Virus record (IMG/VR): IMGVR_UViG_2512047041_000007
Location: 1-24,683 of that record
From: a virus
Taxonomy: Duplodnaviria > Heunggongvirae > Uroviricota > Caudoviricetes
DNA length: 24,683 nt
Direction: 5' to 3' (one strand)
Shown here: one piece after another, positions 1 through 9,286 of the stretch
Numbering within the stretch: position 1 is the stretch's first letter
Layout of the letters: every line of letters starts with the position of its first letter
Made by a program: the position numbers and the translations under genes
The notes under the pieces: generated by a model
Databases searched by the model: none
Seen by the model: only the letters and a program-made list of their open reading frames with translations
What the model was told of the DNA's origin: nothing

Positions 1-219
1 TCAAAGAGAGAGCGCCACCTGTCCTGATTTCATTGGATGCGGCTGAACCGGATTTGACTCTTTTGGCGTTGCAATCGAACGAACAAAAGTTTCATGGGTA
101 ACAAAAGTATGGCTGCAGTTAATGTTCTGGCACTGGTTGTAACGCTCTTTGGTCAATGAAGATACCTGAAAACTGCTGCGAGTATGGGCGGCACTTCCAC
201 ACAGTGGGCAAATCATCAT
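1..219 (-). CDS. ogr: Ogr/B-family zinc-finger late-gene transcription activator (72 aa from the MMICPLCG start; window begins at its stop codon)
   Basis: ORF translation has the Cys4 pattern CPLC...CQNINC and the length of P2 Ogr; sits immediately downstream of gene D as in P2. Homology is from memory. The longer 83-aa ORF (start 252) is an alternative. Confidence 0.8.
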   Translation of the reverse strand: MMICPLCGSAAHTRSSFQVSSLTKERYNQCQNINCSHTFVTHETFVRSIATPKESNPVQPHPMKSGQVALSL

Positions 220-309
220 TTTTCGAGCTCTCCCCATTTTTGCTAAATTCACAATAATGATACCGCATTATTCCATTTTGCAAACTTAAAAGTTCTCCAT
301 TGCGAAGAA

Positions 310-1410
310 TCATTCCATTTCGAAATCATCAATCCTCACTTCAAGCTCCAGACTGGTTGTAAAACCGTTATCCGGGCTGACGGTATGTGTCAGAGTCGTA
401 ATGGTCCATTCCGCATCATCTATCGGCTGTTTAAAACCACTGACCTTCACAGGCATTTCCGTGTAGAGATCTGCCCGCCCTTCTGCCAGTTGTAGCGAAA
501 ATGACGCAACGCCGCGTTGCAGGCGTTCCCACTGCATTTTCGCCGCTCGTTCGGCGTTGCTCCGGTTGGCATAAGTGCGATTAAGTACCAGCACGTTTTC
601 ATCCGTACCCACCAGGTAATCGCCCTGCTTCGCTTCTGGCTCTTTCTTCTGCTTCTTAGTTCTGCGCTTACGCTTCACCGTGGTGCTTTCTTTCTTCGCA
701 GGTTCGCGGGTATGCAACCAGCTGGCAATTACGCCCGTGTAGGCTCCGCGATCTGCCAGGGTAAATCGGTGACTGTCGCCGTCCTTGCGTGTGATAGTGA
801 TCACTGGCAGAGGTTTACCAGTGGCGCTTTTGCCCTGCCCCTGCCGGATGAATAACAGATTGCCATTTTTCACCGACGCGATGGCACCGTACTGTCGCGC
901 CAGCCGCATCAGAAAACTGCCGTCACTCTCATTAGTCTGGTCTATATGCTCCACGGGCTTATCCGACAGGTCTTTACCCAGTGCCATCTTCAGCTTGTGC
1001 CGCGCGGCTATTTCCTTCACCACTTCCCCGACGGTGGTCTTATGCCACGATTTTTCACGGCGGGTATTCAGCGTTTCCCGAAAATCAGCACTTCGCGCCC
1101 GGATAGTCAGGCGGTCCGGTGCGCCAGTGTGTTCAATCTCGTCCACTGTGAATGCCCCTTTCGGGAAAAGCGGCTGCCCCTTCCAGCCCAGCGCCAGCGT
1201 AATAACCGCACCACGGCGCGGCAGCACGATTTTTCCGTCAGCGTCATCCAGCTCCAGATCAAGCTGGTCCGCTTCAAAGCCCCGGTTATCCGTCAGCGTC
1301 AAACTCATCAGGCGGTTATCCAGCACAGTGGTGATATCCCTGCCCTCAATACTGATGCTGAATGCGGGAGTTTTGTTGCCTTTGTTAAGCAGTTCAGAGC
1401 TGAAATTCAC
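310..1410 (-). CDS. D: Tail protein D (late control gene D)
   Basis: 366-aa ORF with a lysine-rich central linker and conserved N- and C-terminal blocks resembling P2 gpD; ATGA start/stop overlap with U. Confidence 0.88.
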   Translation of the reverse strand: MNFSSELLNKGNKTPAFSISIEGRDITTVLDNRLMSLTLTDNRGFEADQLDLELDDADGKIVLPRRGAVITLALGWKGQPLFPKGAFTVDEIEHTGAPDRLTIRARSADFRETLNTRREKSWHKTTVGEVVKEIAARHKLKMALGKDLSDKPVEHIDQTNESDGSFLMRLARQYGAIASVKNGNLLFIRQGQGKSATGKPLPVITITRKDGDSHRFTLADRGAYTGVIASWLHTREPAKKESTTVKRKRRTKKQKKEPEAKQGDYLVGTDENVLVLNRTYANRSNAERAAKMQWERLQRGVASFSLQLAEGRADLYTEMPVKVSGFKQPIDDAEWTITTLTHTVSPDNGFTTSLELEVRIDDFEME

Positions 1411-1892
1411 GACAGCAGCCCTCCCACCGTTTTACTGATATCGCTTAAGGCAGACGTTGCCGTGTCCTGCAGATTATTCAGTTGCGCACTGAGATCACCG
1501 AACATATCGGACAGGGATTCATCCACTCGTTTGAGCGACAGGGTGAACTCAATCCGGCGCGGCATACCGTCGCGGAAAAACTCCGTTTTAGTCTGATTCA
1601 GTCCCTCAATCACATACATGCCGTAAATCGTGCCGCTGCCTTCAATCAGGGGCCATGCTTTCCCCTGTTCTGCCATCTGCTCCAGTGCCAGCAACGACAG
1701 CCTGCCGCCTGTTATTTCCGGCATAAGAACACCGGAAAGCGTCAGCATGTCGTTTTCCGGTCCCAGAAACTGCGTGGACGGACGTCGGTTTACCCGACTG
1801 TTTGCCGCATGTCGCCAGCTGCGTTGATACTGCAGTTCCTGATACGGAACGGTGCGCAGCATAAACACGTACAATCCCAGCACCATCATCAT
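1407..1892 (-). CDS. U: Tail protein U
   Basis: 161-aa ORF in the position and size of P2 gpU; ATGA overlaps with T upstream and D downstream indicate translational coupling. Confidence 0.85.
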   Translation of the reverse strand: MMMVLGLYVFMLRTVPYQELQYQRSWRHAANSRVNRRPSTQFLGPENDMLTLSGVLMPEITGGRLSLLALEQMAEQGKAWPLIEGSGTIYGMYVIEGLNQTKTEFFRDGMPRRIEFTLSLKRVDESLSDMFGDLSAQLNNLQDTATSALSDISKTVGGLLS

Positions 1893-4800
1893 GCGTCGTA
1901 TCCCCCCTGATCGCTGTAGTTACTCCTGGCTTTTGCCTTCAGCCTGCGTTCACGTTCATCAAGCTGGCGTGCCACCTCCCGCGCAATATCCTGCGCACTT
2001 TGTCCTGGCTGCGTCTGAATGATGATCTGCGTCGGTGCCTCAATCCGTTGAACGAGCGGCACAGTGGCTGCGCGACTCACAATTGCTTCTCCACCTTTCG
2101 CGGGAAGTGCCAAAGGGTGCAACGGTGGAAGCTCTGCTGGCGCGGCAGCAACGCCCATCATTCCGGCAACAACGGCAGCCAGTGCAGCTGTATTTCTCCG
2201 GCTGGTCACATTTGCCGGGCCGTTAACAATTTCCGGCCCGTTTTCACCGACGATGCCAAACTGCCCTCGCGGGATATACCCGCCGCTGTCATACATCCCC
2301 GCAAAGCCATATCCCCATGATGGAAAACCACCCGATGGCATCATCACTTTACCGTCTGCATTCACCGTCGCAGGTTGCTGACGCGTCACGCTTTCCGGCA
2401 GTTTTGCCTTTGCGGCCTCTTTACTGACAATGCCGAGCTTCTCCAGCAACCAGGAAACGCCGGATTTCAGGGAGTCCAGCGGATGCATGACCATATTCAG
2501 CCCTTCCGCCAGTGCCTCCCCGAATCGCCGCCCCATTGCCGCTGCACTCTGCAGTTCGGCAGAGGTCGACTTAACGGGCGTCAGCAGATCAGTAAACCAG
2601 CCCCACAGCGCCTGTACTTTGTCGCCAATCCACTGAAACACAGGCTTAAGTGGTTCGAATGCAGCACTGATGGGACCTGCCGCCGCTTTGAATCCTTCCA
2701 CCACGCCACCGAGAAATGCGGTGATGGGTTGCCAGTATTTCCAGACAACCAGCGCCACGCCCGCCAGTGCAGTAACCACAAGACCTATCGGACTGAGCAG
2801 AGCACCTAACAGACCAGATATGGCATACAGGGCAACGCGCAGCATCGCCAGCGGACCAGATGCAAGCACACGAAGCACCGCGCCTGCGGCAGCCAGTCCA
2901 CCGCGCAGTACCGCCAGAGGATTCATAAACATCACAGCAACAGCACGTAAACCGGATAATCCAGACCGCAAAAGTGCAACCGGCGCACCTGCTACAGTTT
3001 TAAGGACATTTCCCGTCAGTGATGCCGTGCGGCGCAAAGACGACAACGGCGCAGTAAGTAAACCTGCGGCGTTGCCCGATGAAGCAAGCCCGCGTCGCAG
3101 CAGTGCCAGTGGTGCGCCAGCCAGCCAGGACAACGCGCTGCTGGTTCGAGTTACTGCTGCCGTAACGGAAGATAACGTTTTGATACCCAGCACAGAGAAT
3201 CCCAGACGGATCACTGCCAGCGGCCCCAGCACTGCAGCCAGCGCCACCGCTAAGGTGCCGAGGCCGACGGTAACCGCAGCCACAACAGCCGATGCTTTCA
3301 TCAGTGTGCCTGTCAGTTCCGGGTTAGCTTCCACCCAGCGACGCAACGCCCCCGTGACGCTTTTCACCGTGTACAGAATATCCATCAGCGGCTGGCGCAG
3401 CGTTTCGCCCAGGCTGCTGAAGGTGTTCTGCGCTCCGGTTTTGACCAGCAACCACTGCGCAGAAAGTGAATCCTTGTTAATGTCGGATTCTTTCTGCATG
3501 GAGCCGAGCGCATCATTGCCCGCTGTCAGTTTTAACTGACGCTGCAGTTCCGGCAGGTTGTTTGCCAGTTTCGCCGCGTCATCGCCAAACTCTTTACCAA
3601 ACAACATAGTCATGGCAGACAGGCGCTTGTCCTGCGGCAGCGCGTTTACCTTCTCCAGCACGCGCTGGATGGTTCCCATCGCATCCTTCGTCATCTGCTT
3701 TTCAATCACTTCAGGATTGAGTTTCAGCAGATTCATCCCTTCAAAGAAACTTTTGCTTTGCATGGTGGCAATGGACAATTCACACACCATCGCGTTTGCT
3801 GCACTGGCTGCAACCTCTGGCGCAGCGCCCAGTGTCAGGAAGGTGGAACCCAGCGCCGCCGCTTTACGATAATCCAGACGGTCAGCCACACCGCCCAGAC
3901 GTTGCATCACATCAATGATGTCTGCCCCTTTCGACATGGCGTTATCATCCAGATAGTTCAGCGCATCACCGAGCTGTTCAATATTGCGGGTGGGGATTTT
4001 GTAGAGCTGGGCGATTTTCCCCAGACTTTCTGACAGTTCATCCGCTGGCAGCTCAAAGGCTGTTGCCGCCTTTGCTGCCGTACTGGCGAAGGCCAGCAGG
4101 TCACGTTTCTGATCTTCCCAACTGTCGTCAGGGTTTGCGACGTTCATGCGCGCGCCACCTTCAACCAGTGCAGCGAAATCCACAGCACCGTTTTCCATCG
4201 GCAACTGTTCGCTGGCAGCCTTGATGGCATCCTGCATTTCATAAAAACGTGCAGTGCGGTTGCCATTATCGTCACGCAGACCATTGACCTGCTTTGCCAC
4301 ACCTTTCATGGCATCTTCCATGCTGGTATAGCTTTTTACTGCCGCCATCACTGGTGCGCCCATTGCCAGCCCTGCAGCCGTGGTGGTGGCTCCGGCACCT
4401 GCAATACGATCACGCACCTCCAGCGAACGGGCATAACTGGCACGCGCTGCATTCATCCTGCGCTGAGCTTCCCCCAGTCGCTTCAGCCGCGCCTCCTGTT
4501 TCGAAAGTTCCTGGTTATAACGTGATGTTTCACGGGCTAAACGGGCAGTTGCTCCCGCATCGTCTTTCGCAGAAATTCCCGCCCGGTACAGTTCAGCACG
4601 CACAAGCGCCGTCTGCTGCTGCAGCTTTTTCTGGCGTTCTTCCAGGCGCTGAACAGCCAGCCGTTGACGGCCCAGAGCAACAACCTGACGTTGCGAAGGC
4701 GGCCCCATCGCTCCCAGTTCCTGACTGAGCAAATTTGCACGCTGGCGGGCATAGTTCAGCCTGTCGCCTAATTTCTGATTTTCTGCCTGCAGCTTTCGGA

Positions 4801-4966
4801 AGCTGTCCAGACTGCTCCCGGCCTGATCAAGCTGCTTTATTGCATCGCGGGATTTTTTGACAGCAGCAGCCAGTTCTCTTGAACTGGCCTGCGCAGATCG
4901 AAATGGGCGGGTGAGCTTGTCAACCGCATTAAGAATGACCTGCAGACGCAGGTTGTTATCACTCAT
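1889..4966 (-). CDS. T: Tail tape measure protein
   Basis: 1025-aa ORF, coiled-coil-rich N-terminus, Ala/Gly/Leu-rich repetitive hydrophobic middle, located between E/E' and U as in P2. Confidence 0.9.
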   Translation of the reverse strand: MSDNNLRLQVILNAVDKLTRPFRSAQASSRELAAAVKKSRDAIKQLDQAGSSLDSFRKLQAENQKLGDRLNYARQRANLLSQELGAMGPPSQRQVVALGRQRLAVQRLEERQKKLQQQTALVRAELYRAGISAKDDAGATARLARETSRYNQELSKQEARLKRLGEAQRRMNAARASYARSLEVRDRIAGAGATTTAAGLAMGAPVMAAVKSYTSMEDAMKGVAKQVNGLRDDNGNRTARFYEMQDAIKAASEQLPMENGAVDFAALVEGGARMNVANPDDSWEDQKRDLLAFASTAAKAATAFELPADELSESLGKIAQLYKIPTRNIEQLGDALNYLDDNAMSKGADIIDVMQRLGGVADRLDYRKAAALGSTFLTLGAAPEVAASAANAMVCELSIATMQSKSFFEGMNLLKLNPEVIEKQMTKDAMGTIQRVLEKVNALPQDKRLSAMTMLFGKEFGDDAAKLANNLPELQRQLKLTAGNDALGSMQKESDINKDSLSAQWLLVKTGAQNTFSSLGETLRQPLMDILYTVKSVTGALRRWVEANPELTGTLMKASAVVAAVTVGLGTLAVALAAVLGPLAVIRLGFSVLGIKTLSSVTAAVTRTSSALSWLAGAPLALLRRGLASSGNAAGLLTAPLSSLRRTASLTGNVLKTVAGAPVALLRSGLSGLRAVAVMFMNPLAVLRGGLAAAGAVLRVLASGPLAMLRVALYAISGLLGALLSPIGLVVTALAGVALVVWKYWQPITAFLGGVVEGFKAAAGPISAAFEPLKPVFQWIGDKVQALWGWFTDLLTPVKSTSAELQSAAAMGRRFGEALAEGLNMVMHPLDSLKSGVSWLLEKLGIVSKEAAKAKLPESVTRQQPATVNADGKVMMPSGGFPSWGYGFAGMYDSGGYIPRGQFGIVGENGPEIVNGPANVTSRRNTAALAAVVAGMMGVAAAPAELPPLHPLALPAKGGEAIVSRAATVPLVQRIEAPTQIIIQTQPGQSAQDIAREVARQLDERERRLKAKARSNYSDQGGYDA

Positions 4967-5030
4967 CGTTGGCCCCGCTTCTCTGAATCGCTTTATACCG
5001 CCATTCCAGCACTTCGGTCAGCGGCATAAC

Positions 5031-5395
5031 GTCAGTAACGGATGGCGGCCAGTGAAAAATGGTGGCGATATCTGCCACCAGATCGTCAACCGTCAGGCTG
5101 TCGGTAAACCGGCAAGCACCGACTTCTTCAACAAAAAAGTGACAACCTCAACCGACATGGCAGTGAGATCTGCCGGGTCCATCTCTGCAATTTCCTGTGC
5201 AGTCAGTGCCGGACTGGAGATGCGGGGGATCACGGTCATCATCGCGTTTACATCCATATCCATAATGGCCTGCAGGCGTGTACCGCGCAGCGCACCGGAC
5301 TGCGGTTTACGCAGCACAATTTCGGTGATTTCTGTTTTACCGCGCTTGATGGGGGTATCCAGTTGAATGGTCTTTTCAGTCTGCTTATCGCTCAT
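5031..5395 (-). CDS. E': Tail assembly chaperone E+E' (programmed -1 frameshift product, about 121 aa)
   Basis: Minus-strand mRNA reads ACU UUU UUG UUG at plus 5129-5140; slipping -1 on UUUUUUG gives an open frame VEEVGACRFTDSLTVDDLVADIATIFHWPPSRY ending at TGA (plus 5031-5033). Translated by hand. Confidence 0.65.
5093..5395 (-). CDS. E: Tail assembly chaperone E
   Basis: 100-aa ORF directly upstream of T, contains the slippery heptamer T_TTT_TTG near its 3' end. Confidence 0.85.
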   Translation of the reverse strand: MSDKQTEKTIQLDTPIKRGKTEITEIVLRKPQSGALRGTRLQAIMDMDVNAMMTVIPRISSPALTAQEIAEMDPADLTAMSVEVVTFLLKKSVLAGLPTA

Positions 5396-5449
5396 TTTGC
5401 TGTCCTGTCAATTGGGTTCTGGCGCGGTATCCCGCGCCGTTCAGATATA

Positions 5450-5965
5450 TCAGAGGCCGAGGGCGTTGCGGTGCGCTTCCATCAGGTCCACACCGTCCAC
5501 AATTTCCACCATGTTGATAAGGTCCACTTCATAGAGCACCTCACCATTGATGGTCAGCTTCGCGTAGCTGTTGGTACTGGTCACTTTGGTGGTGTTGCTT
5601 TCGCCCGTCTTCCACTCGCCGGAATCCACTTCTTTGTGACGTCCACGCACGACAAGCTCCACGGCCTGCACTTCCCCGGTATCGTCACGCTGAATAGAGC
5701 CGGTAAAGCGCAGCTGGATGCCATCCACCGTGGCTTTACCCATCTGTTTAAACAGCAGCAATTCAGTACCACCAATGGAAAATTCTGTATCCAGCGCACT
5801 GTCATCAAGCCCCAGATCCACATCCACCGCACCCGGCATTCCGCCGCCGCGATACTTCTCATATTTGCGGGTAAATTTCGGCAGCGTCAGCGACTCAACG
5901 ATCCCCTGCCAGTTGTTCCCGTCGTTAACCAGGTTCAGGTGTTTTAATTTGCGTGGTAAAGCCAT
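5450..5965 (-). CDS. FII: Tail tube protein FII
   Basis: 171-aa ORF downstream of the sheath gene; size and sequence resemble P2 gpFII. Confidence 0.9.
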   Translation of the reverse strand: MALPRKLKHLNLVNDGNNWQGIVESLTLPKFTRKYEKYRGGGMPGAVDVDLGLDDSALDTEFSIGGTELLLFKQMGKATVDGIQLRFTGSIQRDDTGEVQAVELVVRGRHKEVDSGEWKTGESNTTKVTSTNSYAKLTINGEVLYEVDLINMVEIVDGVDLMEAHRNALGL

Positions 5966-5974
5966 GTTGTCCCC

Positions 5975-7147
5975 TTACGCGCTGACCTGGCTGGCGAAAT
6001 TAACCAGGTACTGATCGGTGATGCGCTGACGCAGCATCAGGTTTTCAAGTGGCGGCACTGGCGTGTAGTCGTAGTCGATGGTGAGTTTTCCGGCTTTCAG
6101 CGTGTCTTTGTCGTTCACCGACTCATCCAGCCAGCAATCACCACCAATGAGATAGCCCTGACTGACCAGGCTGCGCATTTTGGCGCGGATACCTTCGATA
6201 ATGTCGCGGGCCAGCGACGGGTTAAGCGGTTTATCCACCGCCCACATGTGTGCTTCTGCCATCGTGTCCATCAGCACCTGCGCCGTGCGGGTGTAGTTTT
6301 CGAAGGCAAAGAGCGGGTCATCACTCAGGCAGCGGGAACCCCAGAAGCGGAAACCGTCTTTACGCACAAGCGTGGTGACGTCGTTCTGGTTCAGCAGACC
6401 TGCATCGGTTGCCGGGTCCTGCAGATCCCAGAACACATCTGCAGAAATTCCGGTGACACCGTTCACGCCCACGTTGGACAGGCTTTTGTGCCATCCGGTC
6501 TGCTCGTCAATTTTGGCGCGCAGACCAAGCGCACGGGCGGTGGCATATGCCGTTGCTTCGGCATTCAGCACCGTGTCCCAGCCAGTAAAGTCAGGCCAGA
6601 TCAGCATCCCTTCGCGCTGGCTGAAGTTTTCGCGGTAAGTGATCGCCTCCTGCACTGTCTTGCAGCCATACGCTGACAGGTAAGCAAATCCACGCAGGCT
6701 TTGCGCCACGCTCAGCAACTCAGTAGCTACCGCCTTGGTGTCGTGGCCTGGCACGCCGAGAATGCGCGGTTTAACGCCGAGCTGTGACTGGGCAGATAAC
6801 AGGGCTTTCATACCTGTTTTTTTACCTTCAGCAGTCACTGCGCCGATGATATTGGTCGTGGTTTCGTCTTCCGTTTCACCCTGCGGCACACGCACAACAA
6901 TGGTCACGGGTTTTGCCTGGTCAGCGATGGCATCCAGCGAACGGGCCAGAGTACCTGACTCACCCGCTTTACCGCTGGCAGTCAGCACATCAGTGATCAG
7001 CACGGGTTTATTAAGAGGAAACATTTTTGCATCGGCATCATCGCCCGTGCAGACCATACCCACGATGGCGGTGCTCACCGTGGTAATAGATCGGGTACCT
7101 TCGTTGACTTCAACAACGCGCACCCCGTGGTGGTAATCCTGAGCCAT
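5975..7147 (-). CDS. FI: Contractile tail sheath protein FI
   Basis: 390-aa ORF resembling P2 gpFI; first gene of the FI-FII-E-T-U-D operon. Confidence 0.9.
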   Translation of the reverse strand: MAQDYHHGVRVVEVNEGTRSITTVSTAIVGMVCTGDDADAKMFPLNKPVLITDVLTASGKAGESGTLARSLDAIADQAKPVTIVVRVPQGETEDETTTNIIGAVTAEGKKTGMKALLSAQSQLGVKPRILGVPGHDTKAVATELLSVAQSLRGFAYLSAYGCKTVQEAITYRENFSQREGMLIWPDFTGWDTVLNAEATAYATARALGLRAKIDEQTGWHKSLSNVGVNGVTGISADVFWDLQDPATDAGLLNQNDVTTLVRKDGFRFWGSRCLSDDPLFAFENYTRTAQVLMDTMAEAHMWAVDKPLNPSLARDIIEGIRAKMRSLVSQGYLIGGDCWLDESVNDKDTLKAGKLTIDYDYTPVPPLENLMLRQRITDQYLVNFASQVSA

Positions 7148-7223
7148 AGTGGCGAACCTCCTGATTGGATTAGGCTTCGCCCTATGTTGAAGTGATTGTG
7201 CCTGACAAACAGCTAAGCGCAGT

Positions 7224-7241
7224 TGTGTCGTTATTCACACA
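7224..7241 (-). promoter_or_regulatory. Candidate Ogr-dependent late promoter element (TGT-N12-ACA dyad) upstream of FI
   Basis: TGTGTCGTTATTCACACA lies about 80-95 bp upstream of the FI start codon; matches the P2/P4 late-promoter activator-site pattern. Confidence 0.5.
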
Positions 7242-7289
7242 AAATAACGGTATTTGTCTGCTTGCAGGGATAATCAACATAATGCTGAT

Positions 7290-7856
7290 TCAGGGGGATT
7301 CATTGATCTTATTTGCCGGAAATTTTCTATAAATGGTAGAAACGCCTACATCAAAAATCAGTGCAATACGCTGTCTTGATTCTCCGGCCTCGAGTAAACG
7401 CCCAATCTGTGCCCACTGTTCGGTGGTCAACTTAGGACGGCGTCCACCTACTCTGCCTTTGGCACGAGCTGCAGCCAGCCCTGCCCTGGTACGTTCAACT
7501 ATCAGTTCGCGTTCCATTTCAGCCAGGGCACCCATGACATGAAAAAAGAAACGGCCCATTGGGGTACTGGTATCAATACTGTCAGTCAGGCTTCTGAAAT
7601 TCACACCACGCTGGCGCAACTCTTCTATCAGCGTAACAAGATGCCGCATACTGCGCCCCAACCTGTCCAGCTTCCAGACAACCAGCGTGTCTCCTGCCGA
7701 TAGTGTCCTGAGTAGTTTTTTCAGCCCCGGTCTGTCGGACTTAGTGCCACTGATTTTGTCCTCAAAAATCTGCTCACATCCCGCGCAGTTCAGTGCATTA
7801 CGTTGCAAATCGGTGTTCTGGTCATTTGTTGACACGCGTACATAGCCAATAAGCAT
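7290..7856 (-). CDS. Serine-recombinase DNA invertase (Hin/Gin/Cin/Pin family)
   Basis: Translation MLIGYVRVSTNDQNTDLQRNAL...GDTLVVWKLDRLGRS...GRFFFHVMGALAEMERELIVERT is near-identical in motif order to Hin/Gin, including the catalytic Ser in YVRVSTxDQ and a C-terminal HTH. Start taken at the third Met of the ORF. Confidence 0.9.
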   Translation of the reverse strand: MLIGYVRVSTNDQNTDLQRNALNCAGCEQIFEDKISGTKSDRPGLKKLLRTLSAGDTLVVWKLDRLGRSMRHLVTLIEELRQRGVNFRSLTDSIDTSTPMGRFFFHVMGALAEMERELIVERTRAGLAAARAKGRVGGRRPKLTTEQWAQIGRLLEAGESRQRIALIFDVGVSTIYRKFPANKINESP

Positions 7857-7883
7857 GATCATCCCCCTGAATAAAAACCGGAG

Positions 7884-8273
7884 ATGATGCCAGTTAGCTG
7901 TTACCTCTGCATTTTCTTAAACGTTGGTTTGGGAGAATTATCTCTGGCTGGCACTGCATCGGGTGTCATTGGCCTGAATGGGTATGTAACGATCCCGTTA
8001 ATTATTTCAGGTTCCCGGAGAACACTGATTATTCAGTGGGGGCAGGCGAGATTTGGTGGGTCTGGTGGTGAAGATGCCGGATATCTTAACGATTTTCCTT
8101 TTGCCTTTCCGTCAGCATGTTATGGAATGATAGTTAGTCATGTGGGGCATACACCTTCAGGCGCAGGAATCCTGTCGGCTTCTGCAATTACATCAAATCA
8201 GTTCCGCGGTTTTTCAAGCATAGCGACTGCTGTAAACGCTGTATTAGGTCGTTATATCGCTATAGGGGTGTAA
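7884..8273 (+). CDS. Alternative tail-fibre C-terminal variable segment, silent in this orientation
   Basis: ORF runs through the crossover site; from the GLGE motif onward it encodes a different C-terminus (LSLAGTASGVIGLNGY...). It has no independent N-terminal domain, so it would be expressed only as an H fusion after inversion. Confidence 0.55.
   Translation: MMPVSCYLCIFLNVGLGELSLAGTASGVIGLNGYVTIPLIISGSRRTLIIQWGQARFGGSGGEDAGYLNDFPFAFPSACYGMIVSHVGHTPSGAGILSASAITSNQFRGFSSIATAVNAVLGRYIAIGV
7912..7937. other. 26-bp invertase crossover site (hix/gix-like), proximal to the invertase gene
   Basis: ttttcttaaacg-tt-ggtttgggagaa: two imperfect 12-bp half-sites around a 2-bp core, same architecture as hixL; its reverse complement shares 14 contiguous bp with the site at 9775-9800. 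Confidence 0.65.
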
Positions 8274-8274
8274 T

Positions 8275-8712
8275 ATGTTTTATAGTCCATCTTTAAACAT
8301 TTTTGTGAATCCTGCACTTAAGGATGATTACATTAATGCAAATTCATGGCCAGATGATGCTCTGGCTGTCAGTGATGATGTTTATAATGAATTTGCAATC
8401 AATACGCCTCCAGATGACAAAATTCGTGTTGCAGGAAAAAATGGATTACCCACATGGGCACTAATACCTCCACCATCACATGAAGAACTTATTCAACAGG
8501 CAGAATCAGAAAGGCAATTATTGCTTAATCAGGCCAACGAATACATGAACAGTAAACAATGGCCCGGTAAAGCCGCTATTGGTCGTCTGAAAAGCGAGGA
8601 ACTGGCGCAATATAATTCGTGGCTGGATTATCTGGACGCACTGGAGCTAGTCGATACTACCGGTGCGCCAGATATTGAATGGCCTACGCCTCCGGCAGTT
8701 CAGGCCAGATGA
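8275..8712 (+). CDS. Alternative tail-fibre assembly chaperone (Tfa'), partner of the silent fibre tip
   Basis: 145-aa ORF starting 1 bp after the alternative fibre segment; C-terminus DTTGAPDIEWPTPP parallels the C-terminus of the minus-strand Tfa (DTSTAPDVIWPELP). Confidence 0.75.
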   Translation: MFYSPSLNIFVNPALKDDYINANSWPDDALAVSDDVYNEFAINTPPDDKIRVAGKNGLPTWALIPPPSHEELIQQAESERQLLLNQANEYMNSKQWPGKAAIGRLKSEELAQYNSWLDYLDALELVDTTGAPDIEWPTPPAVQAR

Positions 8713-9286
8713 CATCCGGCGCGGTGCTGGTATCTGTTGCCGCCACCGCGTCAATGTAATCCAGCACGGCGTTAAGTCGGGTTGTTTCTGCCTGCGTCAA
8801 CTTCCGTCCGGCCTGTAATTTCAGCTGAATCAGACTAATGGAAGCCATTGCTGCATCAATCAGTGACTGGCGCTGTGCTTCTGCCGCGTCTACTGCGGCA
8901 CTATGCTGTGCCTCAGTATCCGTCACCCATTTCTCACCATCCCATTTATCATATGGCGTTAACGGGGCGATAGTGGTTGTATTTTCAGGGTAATCACCCG
9001 GAGCTGTGATTTCTTTCGATTCTCCTGTTTCGGTGCTATAGATGATTTCACCGCGATGGTCTGGCACATATTCCCATGAGTTAAAATCTGCAGAACGGCA
9101 GATTGCATAACCAGCTTTATGTGTAACTGGTGCATCTAAACAAGAACATGCCGGGATACCGACGCCAACCGCAAGATATTCAGTTGATGTGGAAATATAT
9201 TCCCGCGTTTCACCATCATAATTATAAATGGTAATGTCTCCCGCTTTTATGGCAATGAGTTCGTTATTTAATACGGCTTTATTCAT
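8684..9286 (-). CDS. G: Tail-fibre assembly chaperone (gpG-like), expressed orientation
   Basis: 200-aa ORF immediately downstream of H with ATGA-type coupling; conserved Tfa C-terminal motif. Confidence 0.82.
   Translation of the reverse strand: MNKAVLNNELIAIKAGDITIYNYDGETREYISTSTEYLAVGVGIPACSCLDAPVTHKAGYAICRSADFNSWEYVPDHRGEIIYSTETGESKEITAPGDYPENTTTIAPLTPYDKWDGEKWVTDTEAQHSAAVDAAEAQRQSLIDAAMASISLIQLKLQAGRKLTQAETTRLNAVLDYIDAVAATDTSTAPDVIWPELPEA

Noticed and set aside
1-252. 83-aa version of the ogr ORF
   Set aside because: Ogr-family proteins are about 72 aa and begin at the Cys4 finger; the internal MMICPLCG start gives exactly that length, so the upstream extension is probably not translated.
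2670-3539. Long plus-strand ORF (289 aa), with similar antisense ORFs at 785-1596, 9701-10342, 11548-12435 and 19855-20694
   Set aside because: All lie antisense to well-supported GC-rich structural genes, have Ala/Arg/Pro/Ser-rich low-complexity translations and no ribosome-binding context; typical of spurious ORFs in high-GC coding DNA.
7229-7249. Hairpin cgttatt-N7-aataacg downstream of the invertase gene
   Set aside because: It overlaps the late-promoter dyad and has no U-tract on the invertase strand, so it is more likely part of the promoter element than a terminator.
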